From NCBI GenBank assembly GCA_963793265.1, contig CAWBZI010000006.1, positions 1,039,441 through 1,103,440 on the forward strand: DNA of 64,000 nucleotides, given 5' to 3'. Shown in pieces: positions 1 through 13,864 of the stretch (within the stretch, counting starts at the first letter, position 1; every line of letters begins with the position of its first letter). This stretch comes from an uncultured cyanobacterium. Its GTDB lineage: Bacteria; Cyanobacteriota; Cyanobacteriia; Phormidesmidales; Phormidesmidaceae. The notes below the pieces were generated by a model. The model saw only the letters and a list, made by a program, of their open reading frames with translations. It was not told the origin of the DNA and made no database searches. The translations under genes and the position numbers were made by a program.

Positions 1-11
1 CATCGCCCGAT

Positions 12-194
12 TTGCCTAACTCAGCACCACTAGAGACACCTATAGCGACCGAGCCAGCAGCCGAGCCAAGCTTCGGCTGGACTCGGTATGCAGAGCAAAT
101 TAACGGTCGATTCGCCATGATCGGGTTTGTCGCGCTGCTGGTACTGCAGCTAGTAACGCGCCAGGACTTCTTTACGTGGATAGGTCTACCCTAG
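12..194 (+). CDS. hli: High-light-inducible protein (HLIP/SCP, chlorophyll a/b-binding motif); the frame is open to the window edge, so the true start may lie upstream
   Basis: FGWTRYAEQINGRFAMIGF fits the ExxNGRxAMxG CAB motif and is followed by one TM helix. Confidence 0.9.
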   Translation: MPNSAPLETPIATEPAAEPSFGWTRYAEQINGRFAMIGFVALLVLQLVTRQDFFTWIGLP

Positions 195-250
195 ACGAGG
201 CCAAAGGTATGTGTCCTGACTGCGTTCGTAGTCAAAATTCATAGTCAAAC

Positions 251-291
251 AAAAAGAGCAAGCCATACCCAAAGGTCAACTTGCTCTTTTT
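251..291. terminator. Bidirectional intrinsic terminator between convergent hli and apcC
   Basis: AAAAAGAGCAAG...CTTGCTCTTTTT inverted repeat with A/T tails on both sides. Confidence 0.65.
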
Positions 292-302
292 CGATTAAAA
301 TT

Positions 303-336
303 TTTGAGCTGTAAGGCGATCGCCTTACAGCTCAAA
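303..336. repeat. Perfect 34-bp palindrome centred on a HIP1 site
   Basis: TTTGAGCTGTAAGGCGATCGCCTTACAGCTCAAA equals its own reverse complement. Confidence 0.9.
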
Positions 337-383
337 CAATAGAACTCACATGGTCTAACCTAGCCTAGACCTAACAAAGCTTG

Positions 384-587
384 CTATGCCAAACCTGTGT
401 TTGCGCCCTGACGCCCTGTTGCTAGCTCTACTTTCATAATAGTGCCGCCCATTTTTTGAATGCGCTGCTGCTCTTTAAACCAGTTCTCGTAAGGAACAAG
501 CTTAGTGAAATAAGTATTTTGCAACTCGCGCTGAGTCCGAATCCTGGTTTGACTAGGAACGCAAGCAGTGACTCGAAACATTCGCAT
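384..587 (-). CDS. apcC: Phycobilisome small core linker LC7.8
   Basis: MRMFRVTACVPSQTRIRTQRELQNTYFTKLVPYENWF; lies downstream of apcB. Confidence 0.98.
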   Translation of the reverse strand: MRMFRVTACVPSQTRIRTQRELQNTYFTKLVPYENWFKEQQRIQKMGGTIMKVELATGRQGANTGLA

Positions 588-1081
588 GACAAGGGCCTCT
601 TAGGTATCTAAAACAGTTCTGAAAGTGGTCTGAAAGTAGTGTCTGAAAACTTGGGCAATACTTTTGTCGTTCGCACTAATTTCTCTCTTGTGCCTTCTCT
701 ATTAGCTCTACTTAGCAGGTGCTCAAGACCTATGCATCACTGCGCATCAGCATGACGTAGCTTAGTCTCTCAGCAGAGCCGATGGCAAAAAGAGTAGCGA
801 AAAACGAGGGAATAGTCGAAAACGAGAACTATCTAGAAGTCTGTAAAATCAATGCTAACGAACCGAAGCCTCTCAGTTAACAAGAAAGTTTTCACGCTTT
901 CTCCTGCTAAGCCTTCAATTTTCTAACACTCATCCCAGACTTCTAGAGAGAGTTTGGTTTCACTGCAAGCAGCAAATCCGGAGGTTTCTAGCCAGGGGCT
1001 AGAGGAGCTTCAGAAATTCGTTAACTGAACAACAGCTATCGAATCATCAGCTAAATCTGACTGACAAATCTAGCGAATCGC

Positions 1082-1567
1082 CTAGCTAAGACCAGAACAG
1101 ATGAAGTCGAAGTAAACGCCCATTTCTTTGCCAGCATCAGCGCCAACAAGACTAGCCGTGACTTCTTTCATTGCTTGGATGGCCTGAACGGTTGCACCGA
1201 CAGGGACGCCCAAGGAGTTGTAAGTCTCTTTCAAACCGTTGAGCACGCGCTCATCAAGGATGGAAGGATCGCCAGCGAGCATGGCGTAGGTGGAGTAGCG
1301 CAAGTAGTAGTCCAAGTCACGAATGCAGGCTGCATAGCGACGAGTGGTGTACATGTTGCCGCCGGGGCGAGTGATGTCAGAGTACAGCAGTGACTTAGCA
1401 ACAGCTTCTTTAACGATTTCAGCAGCATTAGCGCTGATAGACGTTGCCGCACGAACGCGAAGTTCGCCAGTCTGGAAATAAGCTTTGAGCTTATCCATAG
1501 AAGACGAGTCAAGGTACTTACCCTGTACGTCTGATGCATTAATTACAGCAGTAATTGCGTCTTGCAT
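1082..1567 (-). CDS. apcB: Allophycocyanin beta subunit
   Basis: [10 protein letters not shown]..., [17 protein letters not shown] chromophore Cys motif, 161 aa. Confidence 0.99.
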   Translation of the reverse strand: MQDAITAVINASDVQGKYLDSSSMDKLKAYFQTGELRVRAATSISANAAEIVKEAVAKSLLYSDITRPGGNMYTTRRYAACIRDLDYYLRYSTYAMLAGDPSILDERVLNGLKETYNSLGVPVGATVQAIQAMKEVTASLVGADAGKEMGVYFDFICSGLS

Positions 1568-1640
1568 TAGGTTTGCTTCCTTTAATGTGGACTTAGATGA
1601 AAAGAATTAGACAAGAACAAAAGTAAGGCTCAGGTGAGGC

Positions 1641-2126
1641 TTACTGGAGGCCGCCAACAACGTAGTCAAAGTAAGAAGCAGCTTCAGCAGCTTCATCACC
1701 AGACATCATGCCGGTTGCAACGTTCTTCATACAGCGAATCGAATCAGCCATTGCTGGGATGGACGTACCGAGAGAGTTGTACATCTCGCGCGCACCAACC
1801 AAGCCGATTTCTTCGATGGGTGTAACATCGCCAGCGACTACGCCGTAAGTAATCAGGCGTAGGTAGTAGTCCATGTCGCGCAGGCAAGTCGCCGTCATTT
1901 CTTCGCCGTAAGCGTTGCCGCCAGGAGAAACAACGTCAGGGCGCTTTTGGAACAACTGGTCGCCAGCCGTTTTGACGATGCGCTCGCGTGACTCAGTAAG
2001 TACCTGAGCGATGCGAACACGACGCTCACCAGAGGTTACAAAACCTTTGATGCGATCTAATTCACCGGGGCTGAGGTAGCGGGCCTCAGCGTCAGCATTC
2101 ACGATGGACTTCGTGACTATACTCAT
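1641..2126 (-). CDS. apcA: Allophycocyanin alpha subunit
   Basis: [34 protein letters not shown] motif, 161 aa; GGAGG RBS upstream. Confidence 0.99.
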   Translation of the reverse strand: MSIVTKSIVNADAEARYLSPGELDRIKGFVTSGERRVRIAQVLTESRERIVKTAGDQLFQKRPDVVSPGGNAYGEEMTATCLRDMDYYLRLITYGVVAGDVTPIEEIGLVGAREMYNSLGTSIPAMADSIRCMKNVATGMMSGDEAAEAASYFDYVVGGLQ

Positions 2127-2604
2127 TTGTGGATTCCTCCGAAAGAATAAACCAGATGAGTTTCACTGGCTCTGTAGAAAACAGACAAATAACTTAAGCT
2201 TTGTCAAGGCAGCTAGGCTTCGTTAAGGTGACTTGCCTGTTGGGTTAAGGCAACAGCAAACGCAAATGCTCTTTGGCTAAGGCGGTTAAAACTTTAGGCT
2301 TTTGTATGGTTAAGCAAACAAGAGTTTTCAGTTTCGCGGCTTTGGGCTTCAAGCGATCGCGCTCAGTGCAAAGGTCTTACCCTTGTTTAATCTCAGCTAC
2401 CTTCTCGTAAACATTTTCCGGTATTACGCCGTCCTTCTTAGAGGTTTAGCAATATTTCGTAATAAAGATCCTCAGATTTGCTATTCAGCCTGTTATCTAC
2501 GAACAGATCAAATGATCTGAATTTGTTACAAAACGAAAAAACGTGGCAACACAAAAGGGCGCACGGCAAATCGGTGCACCCCTTCAATCATTTAAAACAC
2601 GCGG

Positions 2605-5319
<2,715 letters not shown>

Positions 5320-5666
5320 TCAAAGACTCCCTATATAAGAATTAGGTCGTTAAAAGCTGTTAGTCTTTTGGACTGATTTGATCTTCAGAGTAAAACGATT
5401 TGGAAGGGCCTTTGCCGGATTGTTAAGAACCGTATTGTTTGAAGCCGCTGCCATCGGGTTTATTCTGCGTTCTCTTTTAAGTGATCCTTTTGCCTTCCTG
5501 ATCATAGAAGACAGACGAACTCTCTGAGAGAAGAGATAAGTTTTGTAAACATTGTTTTCCTTGTGTTTCACCTAAAGCAACGTTGCGAGGGATGCTAGAA
5601 AGAGAAACTTTCCTCTATATATCTGTAGCGCCACATTCATAGACTTTTGAAATAGACACTTGAAAA

Positions 5667-6903
5667 ATGAGCGATGACCCAACAGGCCAGCAGAACAGCC
5701 AGAACGTAGCCAAGGTAAGTTCAGCCGTTGCCAAACTTTACGATACCTACCCTTTCCCACCAGAGCCGCTGCTAGACGAAGCGCCACCCGGCTACAACTG
5801 GCGCTGGCACTGGCCAAGCGCCTATAGCTTTTGCTCGGGTCGTAAGCCTCAGACTAATCAGGTGCGTATTTTAGATGCGGGCTGCGGTACGGGCGTGGGT
5901 ACGGAATATTTGGTGCATTTGAACCCTGAAGCAGAAGTAGTGGGGATGGATTTGAGCGCGGGGGCGATCGCTGTTGCTACAGAGCGCTGCCAGCGGTCAG
6001 GAGCCGATCGCGTCACCTTCCACAACCTCAGTATTTACGATGTCGAGCAAATTCCTGGCGAATTCGACATGATCAACTGTGTGGGCGTGCTGCACCACAT
6101 GCCTGACCCCATTCGCGGGATTAAGGCGCTGGCGTCAAAGCTAAAGCCAGGCGGCATTCTCCATATATTTGTATATGCAGAGTTGGGAAGGTTTGAAATT
6201 CAGTTGACTCAAGAGGCGATCGCACTCCTCCAGGGCGACCAGCGCGGCGACTACAAAGACGGCGTTCAGGTAGGCCGTACGCTCTTTGCCTCACTGCCCG
6301 AACAGAACCGGCTGCGAAAGCGAGAAGAGACGCGCTGGGCACTTGAGAACCATCGCGACGAATGCTTTGCCGACATGTATGTGCACCCGCAGGAGATTGA
6401 CTACAACGTTAAAACGCTCTTTAACCTAATTGATTCATCTGGGCTTGATTTTGTGGGATTTTCTAATCCGCAGTACTGGGATTTGTCCCGGTTGATTAGC
6501 AGTGCGCCTGAGTTGATGGCAAGAGCTAAAGGGTTGGGGGAGCGCGATCGCTATCGCCTGACCGAACTGCTCGATCCTGAAGTGACCCACTACGAATTTT
6601 TCCTTAGCCGCCCGCCGCTAGAGAAAACAGACTGGACAGATAGCGAGGCTCTAGCAAACGCCATCCCTGAGCGTCACGCCTGTATGGAAGGCTGGCCAAG
6701 CCGCAGCTTCTTCAACTTTGACTATCAGGTGATTTCGATTACCGAAACAGAGTTCAAGTTTTTAGAGCTATGCGAGCCAGGGCAGACAAAAGTCTGTAAG
6801 TGAACTGCTTTCAGAGCTTGAGCTAGCCTCACATGACGGGCTAGAAATAGTGCGGCAGCTTCAAAGGCGTCAGCTCATTTTGTTAGCTCCATCACAAAAA
6901 TAA
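5667..6903 (+). CDS. Class I SAM-dependent methyltransferase of the family usually found upstream of cyanobacterial atp1; apparent frameshift at ~6790 (given ORF stops at 6803, C-terminus continues in the next frame to 6903)
   Basis: ILDAGCGTG motif I, GVLHH, LKPGG; the shifted frame reads KSVSELLSELEL...VRQLQRRQLILLAPSQK*. Confidence 0.85.
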
Positions 6904-7054
6904 TCGGGATTCTGTGAGCAAAACTTTTTCTTAAGTATTGTTGCCGTGATATGATCTGCCTTGGTTTGACACAGTTAACGCTGGTTCAAAACCGGCTAGT
7001 CTTACGACTGGTTTGACACCTGGTTTCGCACGCCGCCCGTGCAAATATGCCGCT

Positions 7055-7630
7055 GTGACTTCTGCAAGAAAATCGATTGGGACGATTCAGCTATTTCAAG
7101 ACGATGGCGCGATCGCCGAGCAGCTAGCTTCAACGGCCAGCTCAGCAGGCAGTTCACGCACAGGTAATGCAGCCGAGCATGACGAGGCCGTTCAAGAGTT
7201 GGAGCAAGTGCAGGAAGGGCCGCCTTTACTGCAACGCCCCCCTTCTGAAACCTCCATGCAAGACTACTATCAGCTACAGCTTGACTTGCTCAGGCTGACC
7301 GTTATCTTCGGCGCAATTGTTTTTCCCTGCGTGTGGTGGGCTTACTCACCCAATACAGCCCTCAACTATTTGCTCGGTGCTAGCACTGGCGTTGTTTACT
7401 TGAGAATGTTGGCAAGAAGCGTCGGCAAAATTGGTCGCCAAGCACCCAAGTCCAGTAGCGGCAGGCTTGCCATACTAATCGGCGTTTTAGTCGTTGCAAC
7501 CCAGTGGGAACAGCTTTCAGTACTGCCTGTATTTTTAGGATTCTTGACCTATAAAGCAGCCTTAATTGCCTTCGTGCTGTGGACTGCTGTGCTACCGCCT
7601 AAGGAAACATCAACAAGCAACACCCAATAA
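7055..7630 (+). CDS. atp1: ATP synthase protein I (Atp1); start uncertain (GTG 7055 chosen, TTG 7013 possible)
   Basis: SMQDYYQLQ...NYLLGA..GVVYLRMLA...FLGFLTYKAA; first gene of the atp operon. Confidence 0.9.
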   Translation: MTSARKSIGTIQLFQDDGAIAEQLASTASSAGSSRTGNAAEHDEAVQELEQVQEGPPLLQRPPSETSMQDYYQLQLDLLRLTVIFGAIVFPCVWWAYSPNTALNYLLGASTGVVYLRMLARSVGKIGRQAPKSSSGRLAILIGVLVVATQWEQLSVLPVFLGFLTYKAALIAFVLWTAVLPPKETSTSNTQ

Positions 7631-7709
7631 GACCGCGTGAGTTTTTAGCTTTAGCTCTAACGCGAATACGTAAAAGAAATTTAGACAGAAAGAAGAGAAT
7701 TAAACGGCG

Positions 7710-8453
7710 ATGCTAAACACTTTGCAACTCACCAGCCATTTGCTGGGGTCTTCACTTCTAGCCAAACTAGAAGTGGGTCAGCACTACTACTGGCACATTG
7801 GCGGCTTGAAGCTTCACGGCCAAGTCTTTCTGGTTTCATGGTTTGTGTCTGCGCTGCTGATTGGCGTAGCATTCCTCGCCACTCGCAAAGTCGAGCGCAT
7901 TCCTTCTGGCCTCCAGAACTTTATGGAGTACGCCTTGGACTTCATTCGCGATTTGGCCAAAGACCAGATTGGCGAAAAAGAGTATCGCCCCTGGGTGCCC
8001 TTTGTCGGCACGCTCTTCCTATTCATCTTTGTTTCTAACTGGTCAGGCGCACTTATCCCCTGGAAGCTCATCCACATTCCAGGCGGCGAGCTAGCAGCCC
8101 CCACTAACGACATCAATACAACGGTTGCACTGGCGCTGTTGACCTCACTAGCCTACTTTTATGCAGGCTTCCGCAAGCGCGGCCTGGGCTACTTTGCAAA
8201 GTACATCGAGCCTACGCCAATTTTGCTCCCTATCAACATCCTAGAAGACTTCACCAAGCCACTTTCGCTCAGCTTCCGACTTTTCGGTAACATCCTGGCA
8301 GACGAGCTGGTAGTCGCGGTACTTGTGCTTCTCGTGCCTCTATTCGTACCTCTACCTGTAATGGTTCTGGGTCTATTTACGAGCGCAATTCAGGCTTTGA
8401 TTTTTGCGACGCTAGCGGCTGCATACATTGGTGAGGCCATGGAAGGGCATTAG
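7710..8453 (+). CDS. atpB: ATP synthase F0 subunit a (cyanobacterial name atpI)
   Basis: [31 protein letters not shown]. Confidence 0.99.
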   Translation: MLNTLQLTSHLLGSSLLAKLEVGQHYYWHIGGLKLHGQVFLVSWFVSALLIGVAFLATRKVERIPSGLQNFMEYALDFIRDLAKDQIGEKEYRPWVPFVGTLFLFIFVSNWSGALIPWKLIHIPGGELAAPTNDINTTVALALLTSLAYFYAGFRKRGLGYFAKYIEPTPILLPINILEDFTKPLSLSFRLFGNILADELVVAVLVLLVPLFVPLPVMVLGLFTSAIQALIFATLAAAYIGEAMEGH

Positions 8454-8475
8454 ACAAGGAACTGCCCGGATTTCC

Positions 8476-8504
8476 GTAGGGGCATAGCACTGCTAAGCCC
8501 CTAC
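8476..8504. repeat. GTAG-type REP-like palindrome between the subunit a and c genes
   Basis: GTAGGGGC-ATAGCACTGCTAA-GCCCCTAC hairpin. Confidence 0.6.
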
Positions 8505-8545
8505 AGTTTGAACCACACCACCTGAGAGATAGAGACTCTCATTAA

Positions 8546-8869
<324 letters not shown>

Positions 8870-9031
8870 ATTTCTTTAGTTAAGCGAGGTTTTGAAGCGT
8901 TCGGCACAAGCTGCTCTCTTCAAGTCCTCTCTTTTATGTGAGAAAGTTTGAGACTTCGTTTTTAAGCTTTCTCTTTTTTGAGAATTTTAAGAGATGGGCT
9001 GTTTAACGATCAGCGAGATTGAGAGAAGACC

Positions 9032-9520
9032 ATGTGGACGGGACTGACATTACTAGCTGTTGAGGCTGTTGAAGCGACTGAAGAAGCGGGCGGGTTATTT
9101 GACCTGGACGCGACTCTTCCTTTAATGGCAATTCAGTTTTTGATTTTGATGGCTGTGCTTAACGCCATTTTTTATAAGCCTTTGGGTGCAGCTATCGACG
9201 AGCGCGATGCCTACGTACGACAGGCTAAAGGAAATGCGCAGGAGCGCTTGGCTAAAGCTGAAAAGCTAGCGGCTGAGTACGAACAGTCTTTAGCAGATAC
9301 GCGCCGGAGTGCTCGCAGTGTGATTGAGAAGGCCCAGGCCGAAGCTCAGCAGATTGCTTCAGCGAATCAGGCACAGGCTCAGCAAGAGGCGACGGCTCAA
9401 AGAGAGTCGGTGCAAAAGGAATTAGACGAGCAGAAAGCAACGGCCCTTGGTCAGTTGGAGAAGCAAGTCGATTCGTTGAGCGATCAGATTTTGAATAAGC
9501 TGTTGGGTTCAGCAGCGTAG
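9032..9520 (+). CDS. atpF2: ATP synthase F0 subunit b' (cyanobacterial name atpG)
   Basis: [20 protein letters not shown] followed by a coiled coil. Confidence 0.97.
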   Translation: MWTGLTLLAVEAVEATEEAGGLFDLDATLPLMAIQFLILMAVLNAIFYKPLGAAIDERDAYVRQAKGNAQERLAKAEKLAAEYEQSLADTRRSARSVIEKAQAEAQQIASANQAQAQQEATAQRESVQKELDEQKATALGQLEKQVDSLSDQILNKLLGSAA

Positions 9521-9581
9521 CGGTCAAAGCAAGCAGCAAGACCGAAAAAAGACCAGAGACGAAGCAGTATAGGTATCGAAA

Positions 9582-10106
9582 GTGTTAACGGAAGCGGTGG
9601 GGCTGCTGGCCTCTGAAACGAAAGGGTTTGGGTTGAATTTCGACATCCTCGAAACCAATCTCATCAACCTAGTCATTATTATTGGCGTCCTTTTCTACTT
9701 TGGCCGGGGCTTTTTGGGTGACAAACTCAAAGACCGTCGCGAGGCGATTGAGAAGGCAATTACAGACGCAGAGGCTAGGCAGAAGAAAGCTTCTGCGGGC
9801 CTAGCTGAGCAGCAGCAAAAGCTGCAAATGGCTAAGAAAGAAGCTGAACGCATCAAGGCAGAAGCGCAGAAAAACGCTGAAAGCGCACGTGAGGCTGTGA
9901 TGGCTCAGTCTGCTAAAGACATTGAAAGGCTGAAGGCGTCGGCGGCTCAAGATCTTTCTTCTCAGCAGGAAAAGGTTATGCAGGATTTGCGCAAGCGGGT
10001 TTCGGCAATGGCCCTGGATAAGGTGCGATCGCGTCTTCCTGAAGCGCTAAATGACGGTGTACAGACCAAGCTCGTTGACCAAAGCATTTCCCAGTTAGGA
10101 GCCTAA
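9582..10106 (+). CDS. atpF: ATP synthase F0 subunit b
   Basis: GFGLNFDILETNLINLVIIIGVL followed by a coiled coil. Confidence 0.97.
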   Translation: MLTEAVGLLASETKGFGLNFDILETNLINLVIIIGVLFYFGRGFLGDKLKDRREAIEKAITDAEARQKKASAGLAEQQQKLQMAKKEAERIKAEAQKNAESAREAVMAQSAKDIERLKASAAQDLSSQQEKVMQDLRKRVSAMALDKVRSRLPEALNDGVQTKLVDQSISQLGA

Positions 10107-10111
10107 CCCTT

Positions 10112-10660
10112 ATGAGTATTGCAACTTCCGAGGTTTCTGCACCCTACGCGCAGGCGCTGCTTTCTATCGCCCAGTCAAAAGATTCTGTGGACGAGCTGAG
10201 CCAAACCGCAGGCGAGCTGCTGAATCTTTTGAAAGAGTCAGACGAACTCTCTGCATTTCTTGCCAATCCCATCACTGATAAGGACGCTAAAAAAGGCGTC
10301 CTGAATAAGGTGTTGGGAGAGGGCGCTAACGTGCAGATGAAGAACTTTCTGATGCTGCTAGTAGACAAAGGTCGCATCTATTTGGTGATGCCCATCCTGC
10401 AAGAGTTTCAGTCGAGAGTCCGCGAGCTAAAGCAAACGGTCTTAGCTGAAGTGATATCAGCCGTTGAGCTGACAGATGAGCAGAAAGATACGGTGCGTCA
10501 GAAAGTGCAGCAGATGACAGAGGCCAAATCAGTTGAGCTAGAAACTCGAATTGACCCCGAACTCATCGGCGGCGTGATCATTCAAATTGGCTCGCAGGTA
10601 TTAGATGCCAGCATACGCGGCCAGCTTCGCCGCATCAGTTTGCAGCTAGGTGCGTCTTAA
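10112..10660 (+). CDS. atpH: ATP synthase F1 subunit delta (cyanobacterial name atpD)
   Basis: PYAQALLS..., DPELIGGVIIQIGSQVLDASIRGQL. Confidence 0.98.
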   Translation: MSIATSEVSAPYAQALLSIAQSKDSVDELSQTAGELLNLLKESDELSAFLANPITDKDAKKGVLNKVLGEGANVQMKNFLMLLVDKGRIYLVMPILQEFQSRVRELKQTVLAEVISAVELTDEQKDTVRQKVQQMTEAKSVELETRIDPELIGGVIIQIGSQVLDASIRGQLRRISLQLGAS

Positions 10661-10762
10661 TTACGTCATTAGCGCACGTCATCAGACAAAACGCTAGCGC
10701 CTCAGACGAACCCCACCCCAGTTTTAAGTACACAATCGGTAGTTATTAGAGCGATTCCTAAT

Positions 10763-12277
10763 ATGGTAAGCATCAAACCGGACGAAATTAGCAGCATTAT
10801 TCAGCAGCAGATAGAAGAGTACGACCAGAGCGTAAAAGCCGATAGCGTCGGGACTGTTCTACAAATTGGTGACGGGATTGCCCGCATCTATGGCCTCGAT
10901 AACACCATGGCCGGTGAGCTGCTCGAGTTTGAAGACGGCACTGCGGGCATTGCCCTCAATCTTGAAGAGGATAACGTTGGCGCGGTACTGATGGGTACTG
11001 GCCGCAAAATTCAGGAAGGCAGCACGGTAAAATCTACCGGCAAAATTGCCTCTGTTCCTGTGGGCGATGCGATGCTTGGCCGCGTGGTCAATACGCTCGG
11101 TGAGCCAATCGATGGTAAAGGCGATATCAACACGAGCGAGTCTCGCCTGATTGAGTCTCCTGCCCCTGGCATTATTGGCCGTAAGTCAGTTTATGAGCCT
11201 TTGCAGACGGGGATTACTGCGATTGACGCGATGATTCCTGTTGGTCGTGGTCAGCGTGAGCTGATTATTGGTGACAGGCAGACGGGTAAGACTGCGATCG
11301 CTATCGACACCATTCTTAACCAGGCAGACCAGGACGTAGTTTGCGTCTATGTCGCCATCGGTCAAAAAGCCTCTTCTGTAGCTCAAGTTATCGGTGTACT
11401 CGAAGAGCGCGGCGCAATGGACTACACCGTTGTGGTTGCTGCAAACGCAAACGACCCTGCGGCGTTGCAGTACCTAGCTCCTTATACAGGTGCTTCGATC
11501 GCTGAGTACTTCATGTACAAAGGCAAAGCCACTTTGATCATCTACGATGACTTGACCAAGCAGGCTCAGGCTTATCGTCAAATGTCGCTACTGCTCAAGC
11601 GTCCACCCGGTCGTGAAGCATATCCTGGCGACGTGTTCTATCTCCACTCACGTTTGCTAGAGCGCGCTGCTAAGCTCAGTCCTGAACTTGGCGAAGGCAG
11701 CATGACGGCACTGCCAATTATCGAAACCCAAGCGGGTGACGTATCGGCATACATTCCAACCAACGTAATTTCGATTACTGACGGTCAAATCTTCCTATCT
11801 TCTGACCTGTTCAACTCCGGCTTGCGCCCTGCAATTAACGCGGGTATTTCGGTGTCCCGAGTCGGATCGGCTGCGCAGACTAAGGCAATCAAAAAAGTTG
11901 CCGGTAAAGTGAAGCTTGAGCTAGCTCAGTTTGACGAGCTGCAAGCCTTTGCCCAGTTTGCCTCTGACCTTGATCCGGCGACTCAGGCCCAGCTTGCTCG
12001 CGGTCAACGCTTGCGTGAAATCTTGAAGCAAAAGCAGTATTCTCCTCGCTCTTTGCCTGAGCAGGTAGCCGTTATCTACGCGGGTATTAACGGTAAGCTC
12101 GACGAGATTCCGGTTGAGAAAGTCGCTGACTATGTTGAAGAGCTAATTGGCTATATCAACACCAGCAAGAAGGCTTTTGTGGATGAAATCATGAGCACTA
12201 AGAAGCTGACTGACGACGCAATTAAGCTGTTGGAAGAAGCCATTAGCGAAAGCAAGCAAGCATTCTTGGCAGCGTAG
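10763..12277 (+). CDS. atpA: ATP synthase F1 subunit alpha
   Basis: GDRQTGKT Walker [24 protein letters not shown]. Confidence 0.99.
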   Translation: MVSIKPDEISSIIQQQIEEYDQSVKADSVGTVLQIGDGIARIYGLDNTMAGELLEFEDGTAGIALNLEEDNVGAVLMGTGRKIQEGSTVKSTGKIASVPVGDAMLGRVVNTLGEPIDGKGDINTSESRLIESPAPGIIGRKSVYEPLQTGITAIDAMIPVGRGQRELIIGDRQTGKTAIAIDTILNQADQDVVCVYVAIGQKASSVAQVIGVLEERGAMDYTVVVAANANDPAALQYLAPYTGASIAEYFMYKGKATLIIYDDLTKQAQAYRQMSLLLKRPPGREAYPGDVFYLHSRLLERAAKLSPELGEGSMTALPIIETQAGDVSAYIPTNVISITDGQIFLSSDLFNSGLRPAINAGISVSRVGSAAQTKAIKKVAGKVKLELAQFDELQAFAQFASDLDPATQAQLARGQRLREILKQKQYSPRSLPEQVAVIYAGINGKLDEIPVEKVADYVEELIGYINTSKKAFVDEIMSTKKLTDDAIKLLEEAISESKQAFLAA

Positions 12278-12341
12278 GGAGACGCGAATAAGGCCGTTAG
12301 TTCAGTTTTTTCTGGATTAGCGGCCTAAAGTAATAACGATT

Positions 12342-13295
12342 ATGGCTAATTTAAAACTGATTCGCGATCGCATTAAGTCGGTCAAAAACACGCGCAAAAT
12401 CACCGAAGCAATGCGTCTGGTGGCCGCTGCGAAAGTGCGCCGCGCCCAGGCTCAGGTAAACGCAACTCGACCCTTTGCCGACAGACTAGCTCAGGTGCTA
12501 TACGGTTTACAGAGCAGGTTGAAGTTTGAAGACACGTCTGATTTGCCTTTGTTGCAGCAGCGTGAGGCTGAGAAAGTTGCCTTATTGGTAATTTCGGGTG
12601 ATCGCGGTCTGTGCGGTGGCTACAACTCTAACGTCATTCGCCGCGCTGAAAACCGTGCCAAAGAGCTAACTAAAGAAGGCATTGAGTACACCTATGTGCT
12701 GGTAGGCCGCAAGGCTATTCAATACTTCGAGCGTCGTGAAGCGCCTATCTCTGCCAAGTACACTGGCCTAGAGCAAATCCCGACCTCTGAAGAAGCTGCG
12801 GGTATTTCTGACGAACTGCTCACCCTGTTCCTCTCAGAAACCGTAGACCGCGTAGAGCTGGTTTACACCAAGTTTCTTTCTTTGGTCAGCAACAAGCCCG
12901 TCACTCAAACGCTTTTGCCACTAGACCCACAGGGTTTAGAAGCTCAAGATGACGAGATTTTCCGACTTACCAGCCGTGACGGACGCCTCGCCGTGGAGCG
13001 TTCAGACGCGCCTGATGCTGAAATGAGCGAATTTCCGAAGGACATGCTTTTTGAGCAAAACCCTTCTCAAATTTTGGACGCGCTACTGCCCCTGTATCTC
13101 AATAATCAAATTTTGAGAGCCATGCAGGAATCAGCAGCAAGCGAGCTAGCCTCACGAATGACGGCGATGAACAGCGCCAGTGAGAACGCAAAGGAACTGA
13201 TGAAGTCTTTAACGCTTTCTTACAACAAAGCTCGCCAAGCCGCGATTACTCAGGAAATCCTGGAAGTTGTGGGTGGTGCGGCCGCGTTAGGCTAA
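12342..13295 (+). CDS. atpG: ATP synthase F1 subunit gamma (cyanobacterial name atpC)
   Basis: [54 protein letters not shown]. Confidence 0.99.
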   Translation: MANLKLIRDRIKSVKNTRKITEAMRLVAAAKVRRAQAQVNATRPFADRLAQVLYGLQSRLKFEDTSDLPLLQQREAEKVALLVISGDRGLCGGYNSNVIRRAENRAKELTKEGIEYTYVLVGRKAIQYFERREAPISAKYTGLEQIPTSEEAAGISDELLTLFLSETVDRVELVYTKFLSLVSNKPVTQTLLPLDPQGLEAQDDEIFRLTSRDGRLAVERSDAPDAEMSEFPKDMLFEQNPSQILDALLPLYLNNQILRAMQESAASELASRMTAMNSASENAKELMKSLTLSYNKARQAAITQEILEVVGGAAALG

Positions 13296-13318
13296 CCAAC
13301 TTTCATAGTTCGACGACT

Positions 13319-13344
13319 AAGCAGGGTTTCGACCCTGCTTTTTT
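13319..13344 (+). terminator. Intrinsic terminator of the atp operon
   Basis: AAGCAGGGT-TTCG-ACCCTGCTT followed by TTTT; UUCG loop. Confidence 0.85.
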
Positions 13345-13365
13345 ATTGCTAAATCGCAGAACCCT

Positions 13366-13527
13366 TTGCGCGATACCTTTAGAGCACCGGGCTTCAATCT
13401 TCAGAAGTACCACGAGCGAAAGCACGATGACGACTGGGAAATTCGTGTAAGTGGTAACTGGAGAATGCTTTTTAGATGGAACGGGGCCGACATCTCTGAG
13501 GTTGAATACACTGATAAAACCCACTAA
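13366..13527 (+). pseudogene. higB: N-terminally truncated HigB (RelE-family) toxin remnant, not in the ORF track
   Basis: Frame reads LRDTFRAPGFNLQKYHERKHDDDWEIRVSGNWRMLFRWNGADISEVEYTDKTH*, matching the HigB C-terminal W.IRV.GNWR..F motif; ends 21 nt before higA; in-frame stop at 13318-13320. Confidence 0.75.
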
Positions 13528-13548
13528 CGACTACCTAATACAAAAATT

Positions 13549-13854
13549 ATGACTGATAGCTCTGAACTTATTAGTGCCGCTGAGATCATTGCTGAAGACT
13601 ATATGGAACCGCTTGGTCTTAGTGGTGCTGCTTTAGCAAAGCGGATTGGCGTAGCGCCGAGTACTATTAACCGTATGCTCAGCGGTTCTAGCAGTCTTAC
13701 TGCTGAGCTGGCAGTCAAAATTTGTGCTGTTATCGGCGGCAGTCCTGCCGTTTTGATGCGTATCGAAGCTGCGTACCGTTTAGCTTTAGCAGAGGCGAGT
13801 GTAGATTTGACTAAGTTGGAACGTATTGAATCTCGTGAGCAATTAACTGCCTAG
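13549..13854 (+). CDS. higA: HigA-family antitoxin (XRE HTH)
   Basis: EIIAEDYMEPLGLSGAALAKRIGVAPSTINRML...LTAELAVKI; sits downstream of the higB remnant. Confidence 0.85.
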   Translation: MTDSSELISAAEIIAEDYMEPLGLSGAALAKRIGVAPSTINRMLSGSSSLTAELAVKICAVIGGSPAVLMRIEAAYRLALAEASVDLTKLERIESREQLTA

Positions 13855-13864
13855 TTTTTCTATA

